Shown here: piece after piece, positions 12,506 through 23,180 of the stretch
How the letters are laid out: each line of letters starts with the position of its first letter
How positions within the stretch are numbered: the first letter of the stretch is position 1
DNA from: Curvularia clavata
Taxonomy: Eukaryota
NCBI GenBank assembly: GCA_023920165.1
Contig: CP089281.1
Coordinates: 992,001 to 1,056,000 of the forward strand
Reading direction: 5' to 3'
Length of the DNA stretch: 64,000 nt
Notes under the pieces: generated by a model
Database searches by the model: none
What the model saw: the letters and a program-made list of their open reading frames with translations, nothing else
Told to the model about the DNA's origin: nothing
Translations under genes and position numbers: made by a program

Positions 12506-13996
12506 ATGTTTCACCCCACCGTCGACAAAGGTCAGGCTATAACACCGGTGACTTCCCCGCTCGTCGCTCCCGTGTCGCCCACCCGCGACCCGCAATCACT
12601 TGCCACCAAGTTACCTCGAAACCCTGCCAATCAGCACTGGGCTCAGGTACAGCAGCGACAGGCATTCATTCAACACCTAGAAAAATGGTCCATGAGCCAT
12701 GATTCAAGTACTCATTTTCAGGGAAAGATCGGTCTATTGCCTCCCAGTCCGCATAGAAAAGAAGACTTGCTCTTGGGTAAGAGCGTGCAGTGTGTGCTTA
12801 CCGACTTGAGCTTCACCGATTGCAGAAAGAAGATTGTCATTAGGCTTTTTGGTCCCCAAATGAATAGGAAGAGCAAGACCGAGAAACCCAATGCGGGAAG
12901 GTCGATGCGAAATGACAGTATGGACGCTTTGGAATGCGAAGAGACATCAGTAGAACTGGGACATGATACATCTCTGCTCACCAAACACTACACGGCCCAA
13001 CCAGTTTCGCAGGCTAAATCCCCGCTGACAAGCAGCTACTATAAGCTTGTTGTCCGTTGCGGATCCGGTTGGCTCTCCGCCCGGGAGTACTTCAACAACC
13101 TCTACTTCATGCGTCTTGGAGCCAGAAGCAGGACTTCAAGTACCCGTAACGCTTTTAGCATGCGCTCGCAGGCTCTCAGTCCGCAGCCTGCTCCCGAGGA
13201 CACTGTTAACATTCAACCTTTGTTTCATCCATTCCTCCGCCTACCCCAGGAGATCCAAGAACTGATCTTGATGACTGCCGCGGGACTGACCCGAGATTAC
13301 GAGCTGTTGCCGGACATGAGCTATCGAGCGCCCACAAAACGCCCTAAATCACCCATCAGTCTCTCGACGCTCCTTCGCATATCCCCTACCATCACAGATA
13401 CAATGCAACCGTACATCCTCCACCGCACAGCCTTCCACTTTGGCCTCACAGGAACAACAAACTTCCTCTGGCAGTTAGGGCCGGACAATCGCACCCACGT
13501 CCGGCGTCTAGCTTTCCATTTTGGTCGGGGCGCGCTTCTTCACTGCGTGCGCTGGCTCGCACCAGACCAACTCTTCGACTTGCTGCAGCCACCCGTGCAA
13601 AAGGAAATGGGTGGTCTCCCGCATTTCTGGCGCTGCCAACTTCGTGGTTTGGTCCACGAGTTACACCTTGTAGAGCTGATTATCGATGTTCAGATTGTTC
13701 CTGCTGAAGATATTCCTATGGTGGTGCGGACCTTGAAGGACTCGTTTGGAAGCGTCGAGAAGATCTCTTTTGTCGAGTCTCATCTGGATGGGACGACCAA
13801 GGTGCTTCATAGCAGTGATGTGCGGTTGCAAGGCGTAGGAAAGGGGACATGGAGAGATTTGACGAATGGTTATGTGGAAAGATACAAGAGACAGGTCGGC
13901 TGGCACAATTATCATTTTGCGCTTGATGTTGCGAGTATGACGAAGGAAGAGTTGGATAAGAGAATGGATGTGGATACAGGATTCTTCGATTGTTGA
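12506..13996 (+). CDS. Hypothetical protein with F-box/2EXR-like segment
   Basis: 496 aa uninterrupted ORF containing FHPFLRLPQEIQELIL followed by a globular-looking region. Confidence 0.75.
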   Translation: MFHPTVDKGQAITPVTSPLVAPVSPTRDPQSLATKLPRNPANQHWAQVQQRQAFIQHLEKWSMSHDSSTHFQGKIGLLPPSPHRKEDLLLGKSVQCVLTDLSFTDCRKKIVIRLFGPQMNRKSKTEKPNAGRSMRNDSMDALECEETSVELGHDTSLLTKHYTAQPVSQAKSPLTSSYYKLVVRCGSGWLSAREYFNNLYFMRLGARSRTSSTRNAFSMRSQALSPQPAPEDTVNIQPLFHPFLRLPQEIQELILMTAAGLTRDYELLPDMSYRAPTKRPKSPISLSTLLRISPTITDTMQPYILHRTAFHFGLTGTTNFLWQLGPDNRTHVRRLAFHFGRGALLHCVRWLAPDQLFDLLQPPVQKEMGGLPHFWRCQLRGLVHELHLVELIIDVQIVPAEDIPMVVRTLKDSFGSVEKISFVESHLDGTTKVLHSSDVRLQGVGKGTWRDLTNGYVERYKRQVGWHNYHFALDVASMTKEELDKRMDVDTGFFDC

Positions 13997-14765
13997 GGGC
14001 ATGATCTGGGATGAGTTTATGATGAAGACTTACTGAATTGCTTTGACACGTTAAGGGGGAGATGTGGCGGCTGTATCGAGTACGCTCGTTCTTACAAGAA
14101 AGCCTCGTAATAGCCTTTTCTTTCTAAATCTAGTTGTACACATTAATATCGAACAACGGACCACCTCGTTGCAAGTCTGTTGGTGACCAAGTGGCTATCA
14201 AAATTACAGCAAAACGACACCATGTTCGCTGCTGTACGAGAACATGGCACCAAGGCATACTTACTGATTTTTAATTTCTTTTTTCGAGAGCTGTTGTGCG
14301 AAAAACAACTAGGCATAATCAACGTGATATCGCAATTGTCGTCATCTGCCAATCCGACATTAGGGGATAGCCAAGCAGGGATCAACAGGCAACCACCACC
14401 TCGCCCACAATCTCCATCATTTCCAACATCGCCTCTTGAAAAACATCGATTGCCATTACTGAAGCTTTGACGAATTATCCTCTCGTTTGCGGTGTTGCGC
14501 AACATAGTACCATTGTCGTTACGGAAAGAGCAGCGCATTGTTTTGATGATCGCGAGGGGTTTGCACTGCATGTTTATCTCAATCAAATCACCTTCTCCGT
14601 TTGCGCGCCCTTGAGCGTTTTCCACACATGTATCTTGACAAACACATGCTCCAGATCTCTGCACGCTTTCTCTTGCTTTGGAATCCTGTGGCTGTCATCA
14701 ACAAACATCTTGAGCCCACCTTACTGCCCTAACATTATCCCATTCACAATTCAAACAGCACCCCC

Positions 14766-16232
14766 ATGGCATGCGGTGGCCATACCATCAAGTGCAAGTC
14801 ATGCACCACGGTCCTCGCGGCCGTGACATCCACTGGACTCACTCCTGTACCATCACTAGATGATTCCGGATGTAGCACATGCGAGCGGTTTAGCACGCTG
14901 TATGACGCGGTGCAAGCTGCAGATGCCGAATGGGCAACCTTCGAAAACAAGCGCGATTCAATCACCAAGAGTTTTGCGCGAGACAAGCACAAAAGGGCCC
15001 GAATGGAATTCGATAACTGGCTCATGACAGTCGAGGCACTGCCGACCACGCGAACCGAAGAATGCGCTGCACGTCTTGACGACGCAACTCCTGAGGCGCA
15101 GACCTTGTTGTTCCATGGGAGCCAGGAGCCCAAGCCGACCATTACGCGTCGAAGATCGCACTCACCAACAACTCAACATACCACGTTCGCCGAAGAGCTA
15201 TCCGATCCAAGGCCGCAGCAACTCAATGACGCGTCGCTTTCTTTTCGTCCGTCACCCAAGCGATCGCGTAGCACTAATTCCGTATCGGGACGAAAGCGAC
15301 TCAAGTTTTCAGATACGGTTGAATTTCATGAGACCTACCGAAGTAGTGAGGAGTACCATCGGCCTAGTGAGCAATACGTCAGAGGCCGCAATGCACCACC
15401 CGAAGGGTCCGAGTACATGGACACGAGTGGATCTGGCCAAACATTTCTTAGGTTTACTCAGATGAAAAAGGTTGGCGCAAAATGGGTGGAATTGAGCGAG
15501 GAAGAGCTTGCCAAGAAGAACAAAAGTTTGGGACCAGCGCCAGCACAGCAACAACCCGTCGCTGCAGAATCGCAGGAGACCAAAGGAAATGCGACGGACG
15601 CATTGGAACGGAATGGGGTGGCCCCGTCAGATGCTCGCGCAGCCAGACTGGCAAGACGAGCCAGAGAAGCATCTGGCATCAACTCAGCGCAGCCCAGAAA
15701 CACAAGAAGGGCTACAAATCGAAGTAGCAAGATCGCGCGCCAGGTGGAGGACGGTACGCCCGCTGGAATCGAGAAGTCTTCTGCTGGACCAACTGCGCCC
15801 TCATCATCAAAGACAGTGGAAGCAAAGGCGACTATTACGGATGAGGGTGTGAATTCGCCGAAAGAGATTAGGATGGGACAGGATGGTATGAAAAAAGCAA
15901 GCATCACAACCATCGAAAAAGCAAGTATTGAAGCCATGCGTAATGACGAAATACAAGAACCACAATCATACCATGGCGGGCTCCACTTGAACACGCCAAG
16001 TAGTGGGACAGGAGCAGATCGAAGCGAGGCGATCGAGCGTGATACTAAGATCATGGAGACCACTAGGTCACCACCTGCGGTTGCAGAGAATCACCCACAG
16101 ACGAATGAGCGAGCGATTCAAACGTCGTGCATAGGCTGGCAAGATGCGTATGCGAGTACTGCGCTGGATGGGAGAAATGTAACAGCTACGATAGTTGGCG
16201 AGGATCCAAAGTCACAGATAGACAAGAATTGA
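14766..16232 (+). CDS. Hypothetical protein with N-terminal CxxC pairs and candidate PP1-docking motif
   Basis: 488 aa ORF with CKSC..CSTC, a short helical region, RKRLKFSDTVEFHETY and a disordered C-terminus. Confidence 0.75.
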   Translation: MACGGHTIKCKSCTTVLAAVTSTGLTPVPSLDDSGCSTCERFSTLYDAVQAADAEWATFENKRDSITKSFARDKHKRARMEFDNWLMTVEALPTTRTEECAARLDDATPEAQTLLFHGSQEPKPTITRRRSHSPTTQHTTFAEELSDPRPQQLNDASLSFRPSPKRSRSTNSVSGRKRLKFSDTVEFHETYRSSEEYHRPSEQYVRGRNAPPEGSEYMDTSGSGQTFLRFTQMKKVGAKWVELSEEELAKKNKSLGPAPAQQQPVAAESQETKGNATDALERNGVAPSDARAARLARRAREASGINSAQPRNTRRATNRSSKIARQVEDGTPAGIEKSSAGPTAPSSSKTVEAKATITDEGVNSPKEIRMGQDGMKKASITTIEKASIEAMRNDEIQEPQSYHGGLHLNTPSSGTGADRSEAIERDTKIMETTRSPPAVAENHPQTNERAIQTSCIGWQDAYASTALDGRNVTATIVGEDPKSQIDKN

Positions 16233-19200
16233 GCCGTACATCGCCAGTCCATCACGGTGTGTGTGAGTGTGTCGCCAGCAGCAGGCCCGTTGATCCGAGT
16301 CGTTAGAAACAGTACGACACGGAGCACCTGACTTCCCCACCCAAAGTCGTTCACGGGGAAAAATTCCCCTTCGGAAGAGGAAGCGTTTGCGACCTGAGGA
16401 AATCAGACAACTTTTGGCGGTTCGGTGGTAATACGACACGACTAGGTACGCATCCGAACTGCATCTGCAGCACCCGATTGAAGGAACAAACCATGTCGCT
16501 CTTCCCAGATCCATGCCCATGATCGAGTATGGCCCTCCCCTTGTCTACCACCCGAAACCGTTGCTGGGAGCCGCAAGACCCTTGGTTTTAATTCGCCCGC
16601 GGCCGTTCCATCCCACGCAAGACGTGCAGGACCGAAGCCGAACTCGCTCGGTGATACAGGCGAGAGGAGGAGCAAGGATCGACGCGGGCTGAGGGAATAA
16701 GAAACGGAAGATGGAGTCAGAAAGGAAGAGAGAGAGATACCATGGTGGTCCGTTGATGTGCGAGTCAGTCTCATGCATGTGCGGCCGTTGGCACATGTAT
16801 GTAAGACGGTACGTACGTAGCCAGCGCCCAAAAAGACCTGACCCAGGGATATGGCGACGCAAACAGGTTGTTGGGTAGGGATTAATGGCCCGTCTTGGCC
16901 TCAGCTTCGCAACCCCCCAGTCCACCCCTCCTTTTCAAGGAAAAAATAACGGCTGTTTTCAATTGAGGTTGCAAGCGAAGCAATGAAGCTGATTAGTTAC
17001 GGTGTTATAAAGGTGGGTCTCGGCAACACAGACACATATGTAGACCCATGGCCACGATAGCGACAGCGACAACGGGGCCTGGGGCCTGGAGACGAACGGC
17101 AAATCCCGCCCTGTCGGATGCGCTGCCGTGGACGCCTGTCCTCGCTTTTTTTTCTCTTTCGTAATCCATGGAAGGGTGTGCTTATCCCCCTTGTCCTGAC
17201 ATCCAAGCTTGGACCGATGAAAGGAGTGAGTGAGACATTGAGAGAGGGGAGAGAGGAAAGGTCTGTGTGGGCTGTACATCTTTATTTCCTTTTTGGGATT
17301 TCCGTCGTTTATAGCAGCCTTACTATTCGGGTTGATGAGTGTACGTCCGTAGGTAGTCTTACTCTGTAGCGCGCTAAGTTAGAAATCATTACGGCGACAC
17401 AGCACCTAGCCGGGCGGCTACTCTTCGCGTGGATGTAGTACCTATCAGCCCAACTAGCGTTAGGCACACCTCGCTCTATGCAGGAAGAATCACTACTATT
17501 TCCCGGTTTTGCTCGTGTTTTCTGATGTCTTTTCTAACTGCAACTTTGCGGGCAAAAGGTCGGAAGGATTGTGATATGCAGAGTGGTAGAATCGTGAACA
17601 TTCCCTCTTTCTTGTTTTCCTTGTTCTTTGTTGGTTGGTTCGGCAGTTGTGCCCAAGGCTCAAGATAGGTAAGAAAGCGGTCTCGTGAACATACCCTTGG
17701 TTGTCAAGACCAGGGTTGTCGGTGCGTGGGGGAATGGAAGAAGTTCCGAGACGTCTTTTGTCTGAGCGAGGGGGTGGTGGTTGGCGAAGTATGTGCAACA
17801 TTGTTAAGTCGCCGTTTTTTCCTAGTTGGTTGCCGGTCGGCAAGGAAGATGCAGGCATAGACCTTGCCGTCATCGCTACTACCATTTGTCGTCCGATTTT
17901 CTCTTTAGCCTGCTCATACGTGCGTAGAGGGTAAATAATCTCTCCGTGGTGTACACATGTAGCATGTACGGCGGGGAAATTAGGAAGGGAACGGAGAAAC
18001 GGGCAGGTAAACAGGTAAGACAGTGTATTCCTATTGGTCCCTTTTAGGCGATGCATCTGCAGGTTCGAGTTTAGATGAAATTTGAGCGGGATGCAAAGTT
18101 ACATCTTGAGATGATGTTACAATCCGGAAAAAGAAGTGATCCTACGCACCACGACGGCAACCTCATGCTCGCGCATTGTTGCACGTGGTCGATATTGACA
18201 TCCAGTACATGATCCCCACCGATCAATGCGCAGACGGGAAAAAAAGAAGGCTGTCAAGTTCATATTCACCGATTAATGCACAGACGGAAGGAAGTACAGC
18301 CGTTCTACCAAGTCGGAGATTTAGTTTGTATCGGAAGGATTGTTCCTGCGGATAGGGCTGTATGCTGGTTAGGCACTCCATCCCCCTCTTTACCTCTTCA
18401 TTGATTTTTTTTGTTTTTCTGCCGTCATGTGGGTGGGGACACCAGACTGCCGGTAGCCGTGGAGAAGCGGCCGGATCTAACACTAGGCGATCATCAAAGC
18501 TTGAACTGGGCATACGTGCAAGTAAGCATGTATGTGGCCGAGGCGACGGAGAGACTGGGAGAGTACAATATCATGAATCCTTGCGCATGGTGCACAGGTT
18601 CTAGCTTACCGGACGGCAGAAGCCCGACATATGGCATCGAAGCATCTTCGTTCGGTACAGCCTAGCGCACTAAGTTTCGCTGCAGAGCTGTTGCATGGAT
18701 TAGCGTATCGAACACGCTACGAATGCGCTCATGTCCGCTTCTTCGTTATTATTGCCTTGCGTACCACGTGTGAGCTATCCAACTGACGTCGGTGGCAGTC
18801 AATATGAGTGGGACATGATTGAGGGAAATCGAAGGCGACTGGATCGTCTCTCGACAGGCCATTACCGAAATGGTGGTTTACTCCCTTAGGCGGATCGGAT
18901 GTGATAAGGGATCGCCTTTAGCTTCCGACATGGATATCTTTTCCCCAGGACGTATTGCAATGGTGGAGTCGGTCTCATTACACTGGCCAGCATTGGCCGA
19001 GATCTAGACCATGGGTGTTCAGCAAGGTGACCGTCTGTAGATCACTGACCAAAAATCGCCCAAGGCGACGAACCGCTCAGTAGTCTAAGGAAATGGGCTG
19101 AACTTGGCATGGCTGGCTGGCTGTGAGGACTGAGTAATGCACATGGCCTTCTCGTGACCAGGGAAACACGGTCTCGGGATACGAACAAGTCGGCTGTCTC

Positions 19201-20164
19201 TTGAGACAAACTCTGATCTGATGCATAGCGTGGTATCTAGGGGTATGCAGAGCAGTAATATGGGATTTTGGTTGGATGACAGGTTGCCGTCACGTGTGCC
19301 TTCCAAGTGTCCGCCTTCTGTATGCACAGAACGGTTCCTTCCTCTCGTCCAACCACATCGACAACAACGACAACATACGACAGGGCAAATTCCCGCCCAG
19401 TGTTGGCAGGGAGGTGGGCAGAAGAAGAGGAGAAGGCCGACCAGACGATGGCTTGGCGCACACGCCGTTCGGTTCTATCCTTCCAGTGGCCGGATCGATC
19501 TATCCATGTTACCGGGTTCCAGGAGCCGCGAGGAATTTCCACACAGCTAGGCCTATGCCAGCCATCAGGTTACAGATCGGCGCCAACCTCGTGACGCATC
19601 AGAAAATACGACATGCATGCCAGTAACCACTCTTTTCTGCAACGCATCGGCGGCAACGGCGTAAAAAGAGGGATGAACAGGCTGCAGGCGACGCGTAACA
19701 GGAAAGAGAAGAAGAGAGAAGGAGATATTAGAGTTCAGCCAGGCCGGCATCACCTGCGGATAGCGCGCGGGGGCCTAATTTGCAAACACCCGTGCAGAGT
19801 GGGGGTGCGGCAAGCATCGCAAGAAGCTGGCTACCCTGCTTGGCGATATCACAGGAGATAGTACGTATGCAGATGGAACAGCGGTGAGGCCACAACGCAC
19901 GTAAGGAGATGGATGGTAGGCAGGCAGGCAGACAGATGCAGAGTCGTTGAATGGTGGCGCTCGGCGCTGGTTTTGCTGCCACATCATCTACACGTCGTCA
20001 CTTGTACGACATGAGTACGCCTTGGACGACTGCTGCCAAGGCACCCAATTCACTATGTATGCTAGCACAGCCAATATCGAGCTGGAGGGTGCGCATGAGT
20101 CGTGGCAGCTAGTGCTGGTTGCCGATCGGCACCAATCGCTCCCTGCAAGAAGCCTCTTGAGAAA

Positions 20165-20181
20165 GAGAGAGAGAGAGAGAG
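20165..20181. repeat. (GA)n microsatellite
   Basis: Direct reading of the gagagaga tract. Confidence 0.85.
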
Positions 20182-21348
20182 CGACGGTCTACCAGCGTTG
20201 GGAAGCTGTCAGGCAGCTCAAGGCCAGCCACGAGGCACGCTGCACGTTGTTGTGCGTCAAGCCATGTTGTCGTGTTTTGCTGTACTCGGCCTAGTCACGT
20301 GAACGAAGCTCAAGCGAATGGGACTCTTGACCCTGTCGACGGGGCCAGGGAGCCTCTAGAGGGACGGCCCTCTGTCGCACATGGCGTAGGGTTCGACAAC
20401 GGCCACCTCAGCAGGACCTTGTCTGCAACCGTTTCACAGAAGCAGCTTATCACCGAAGAAGAACCTCGAACGAATCAACAAAGGTCTGACCGAGACGTGA
20501 TATCAGCTTCTCACGACGCGCTCATGACGACGTGCAGGGGTGGCATTGAGTTACCCAATTCACGGGTAAATGGCGGAGCCGCTCGCTGCCGCAATTTTCC
20601 AGCTCGAACAGGAAATCCGTCGGCCCTCTACACTATCGTCTCACCCGCTCACTAGCGGGATGCATGACAGCCTGCAGTAGTGCACGCTACACGCCGTTAA
20701 GCCTCACTAGGCTGCGGCTGGCAACCTTCGAGAACACCGTACAGCCTATCATGTCTCGCCTATCCCTCGCTGCACGGTTACGCCATCGCGCATAATGACT
20801 CCTGTCCTTTGCTCGCTCGCATATGCACATGCAAGGCGTACCAGCCAGAAGCCTCAGAAGCAGCCACCAACCGGTCAAAATTCACCACCATCAAACCTCT
20901 AGTCTCCAAGTGCACTGTGGCGGTGTAAACCACCAGCCCACCAGCCCACTAGCCAACAAAACAACAGACGATGCATGCAGCGCCGCTGAGACTTGAGACT
21001 GCACTGCGCCGTTTGCAGCCTAGTATCGCTATTTCGTCATGGCCGCGTTCCTATCTTGTGGTTGTTATTACTTGCATTGCTCGAGTTTCAAGCCGTCATT
21101 GCGCACCAACGGGAGAGCAAAGTATGTGCGCCAGACCGTGTTCCATCTATCCGTTTCCCCACCCACCACTCACCATACACCCCCCAGGATTCCCTAGTGA
21201 AAATTCTACGACTCGTTACGAGGCACCACACCTCGTCTATTCCCGCGTCTTAGGTCAAACCTTAAACCACGTTTTTGTATTCGCCGATAATGTAATGGAA
21301 AACCGACCACGACGAATAACAGCCATAGCCATGTCAGCCGCCTGTGCA

Positions 21349-21381
21349 CCAGCTTGCCCAGCTTGCCCAGCTTGCCCAGCT
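21349..21381. repeat. 9-bp tandem repeat (CCAGCTTGC) x3.7
   Basis: ccagcttgc ccagcttgc ccagcttgc ccagct read directly. Confidence 0.9.
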
Positions 21382-21442
21382 GCGTTTGGCTACGGCATTT
21401 TCGTACGAAAGAAAAAGGCCACATTCTACAATGCGATGTTCT

Positions 21443-21500
21443 CACACATACACAACACACACGCACACACACACACACACACACATACACACACGCGCGC
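21443..21500. repeat. Imperfect (CA)n microsatellite
   Basis: Long cacacaca tract with a few interruptions. Confidence 0.9.
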
Positions 21501-23180
21501 ACCCAAAATAAACTCACCCGTTCTCCACCGCTCATGACAAGATTACCTTTCTGATTTCCGCCGAAGCAACGCCCTTGAGGTTCTATCAACCACTCACAGG
21601 GACACGCAGGCGTGCACATGCTTCAATGAAGTAGGCAAATAAGCTCAGGGAGTCTGGAACAGCACGTCTGCCCATGTCAAAAAAATAAAACATCGACACA
21701 CAGACTCTCACTTACGACGGGTATCATCTTCCCTCCTGCATGGTGCATGCAGTCATACCCCCCTCCCCGGCCAACGCGTGCATTTGTCCGCAGTCATTGC
21801 GATGCCGGTATGCAGGGCAAATGCGAAAAAGAGGTGTCGCCAAGTGAGTGGTCGGTCGTGAACCGGATCCGCACTGGCGGCGAATTAGCAGAAAAGCGGG
21901 GCCCCCAGCCCCTGGTCGCTTTTCCCTGTTGGCTGTCCAAACGTCGACCGGTGTGTGCGTAAGTGCAGCGCGTGTGAGGCGTAAGAGTGTGAGTGCGAGC
22001 GTGCCTGTGTCGGTGTCGGTTGTCTACACCTAGTGTCTGTGTGCGTGCATGCATGGTCATTCTTACCCGATGACTGCACACACTCACATGCACGCTATGC
22101 CCGTTTCTCAGTCCCTGCTTTTGAGTCGACCTGCTTGTTGCTTTTTGGTCCTCATTGCTTCTGTTACGGAGGCTGCCCTACTATTTTGCTTTTCACAGCC
22201 GCCTCCCCACATCGGGGACTTTTTATCCCAAATACGCTTGGAAAGTGGAGTGTGCTCTCCACCTACACAGAAAGGGGGAAGGGGTGGGCTTGCCAGTCCA
22301 AGTGGGTATCGGATAGGTCTTGCTGGTTCACGCTTAGGGCGGGATGATGCGGCACGGCTGCACGCAGCCTATTGAGTTTTGCGCCGTGTCGAAAAAAAAG
22401 CTTGATGATATGTTATCATTTTTACGATACCGCGTATCTCGACATTATTATTTTGCGCCGACAAATTGGGCGGTTCGCGAGACAAGCGAGGGAAAGGTGG
22501 GAGGAAGGGGGAGGGGTAGGAGAGAACAGACGTGTCACGCGCATGCAGGGTAGAAGCATGAAAAGTAGCCAATGCTCATAGTCGTGGGGGTAAAGAAAGG
22601 GTATCATGTGCGTTAATTCTAATTTCTACTGTATGTTCAAACAACATAGTGGGTCCCAATGTCACATCTCTCGATATTCCCTAGCTGCTATATCCTCTCC
22701 TCTGTATTATCTCTTTTTGGCCAATTTGATCCTGCTAGCCGCGCACAGCGCCCGGATCTCGTATCGATCCGTGGCGTAGCATCGCAGCCTTCCGCTCGAT
22801 CATCGGCGATTCATTTCCAACTCTCTCTCTTTCGCTCTGTAACCTCTGCTGTCCAATTGTACATCAGTTTGACTCCAAAGATGACAAGTTTGTGTGTTTG
22901 ATCTATTAGTCTTCCGATAGCTCCCGCAGCACTGACGATGCCTGGGCCGCACGCTAGCGGGTCCTGAACCGGGACGGCTCAAAGCCGGTCCCAAGCCTTT
23001 TGGTAAATGGCATTTTTAGTCCCAGCCGGTTCTGACACAGGGTCGGCGGCTTTGGTAAGAAAGATCAGCTCCATGGGAGCGGTGGGACAAGGAAGAGGCG
23101 TCGTTGACGAAGGGGCTGTGTGTCCATGGGTAGTATGTAGGTGGAGGGGGCTGAGCCCGCCTGGTGGGTGGAGATTGAGT

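Noticed and set aside
20971..21537. 188 aa ORF with CPA and HT repeats
   Set aside because: The repeats are simply translations of the 9-bp tandem repeat and the CA microsatellite.
16233..23180. Many 60-190 aa ORFs; also telomerase RNA or tRNA candidates
   Set aside because: The ORFs overlap on both strands and have low-complexity, non-protein-like composition. I found no TAACCCTAA template or cloverleaf by eye.
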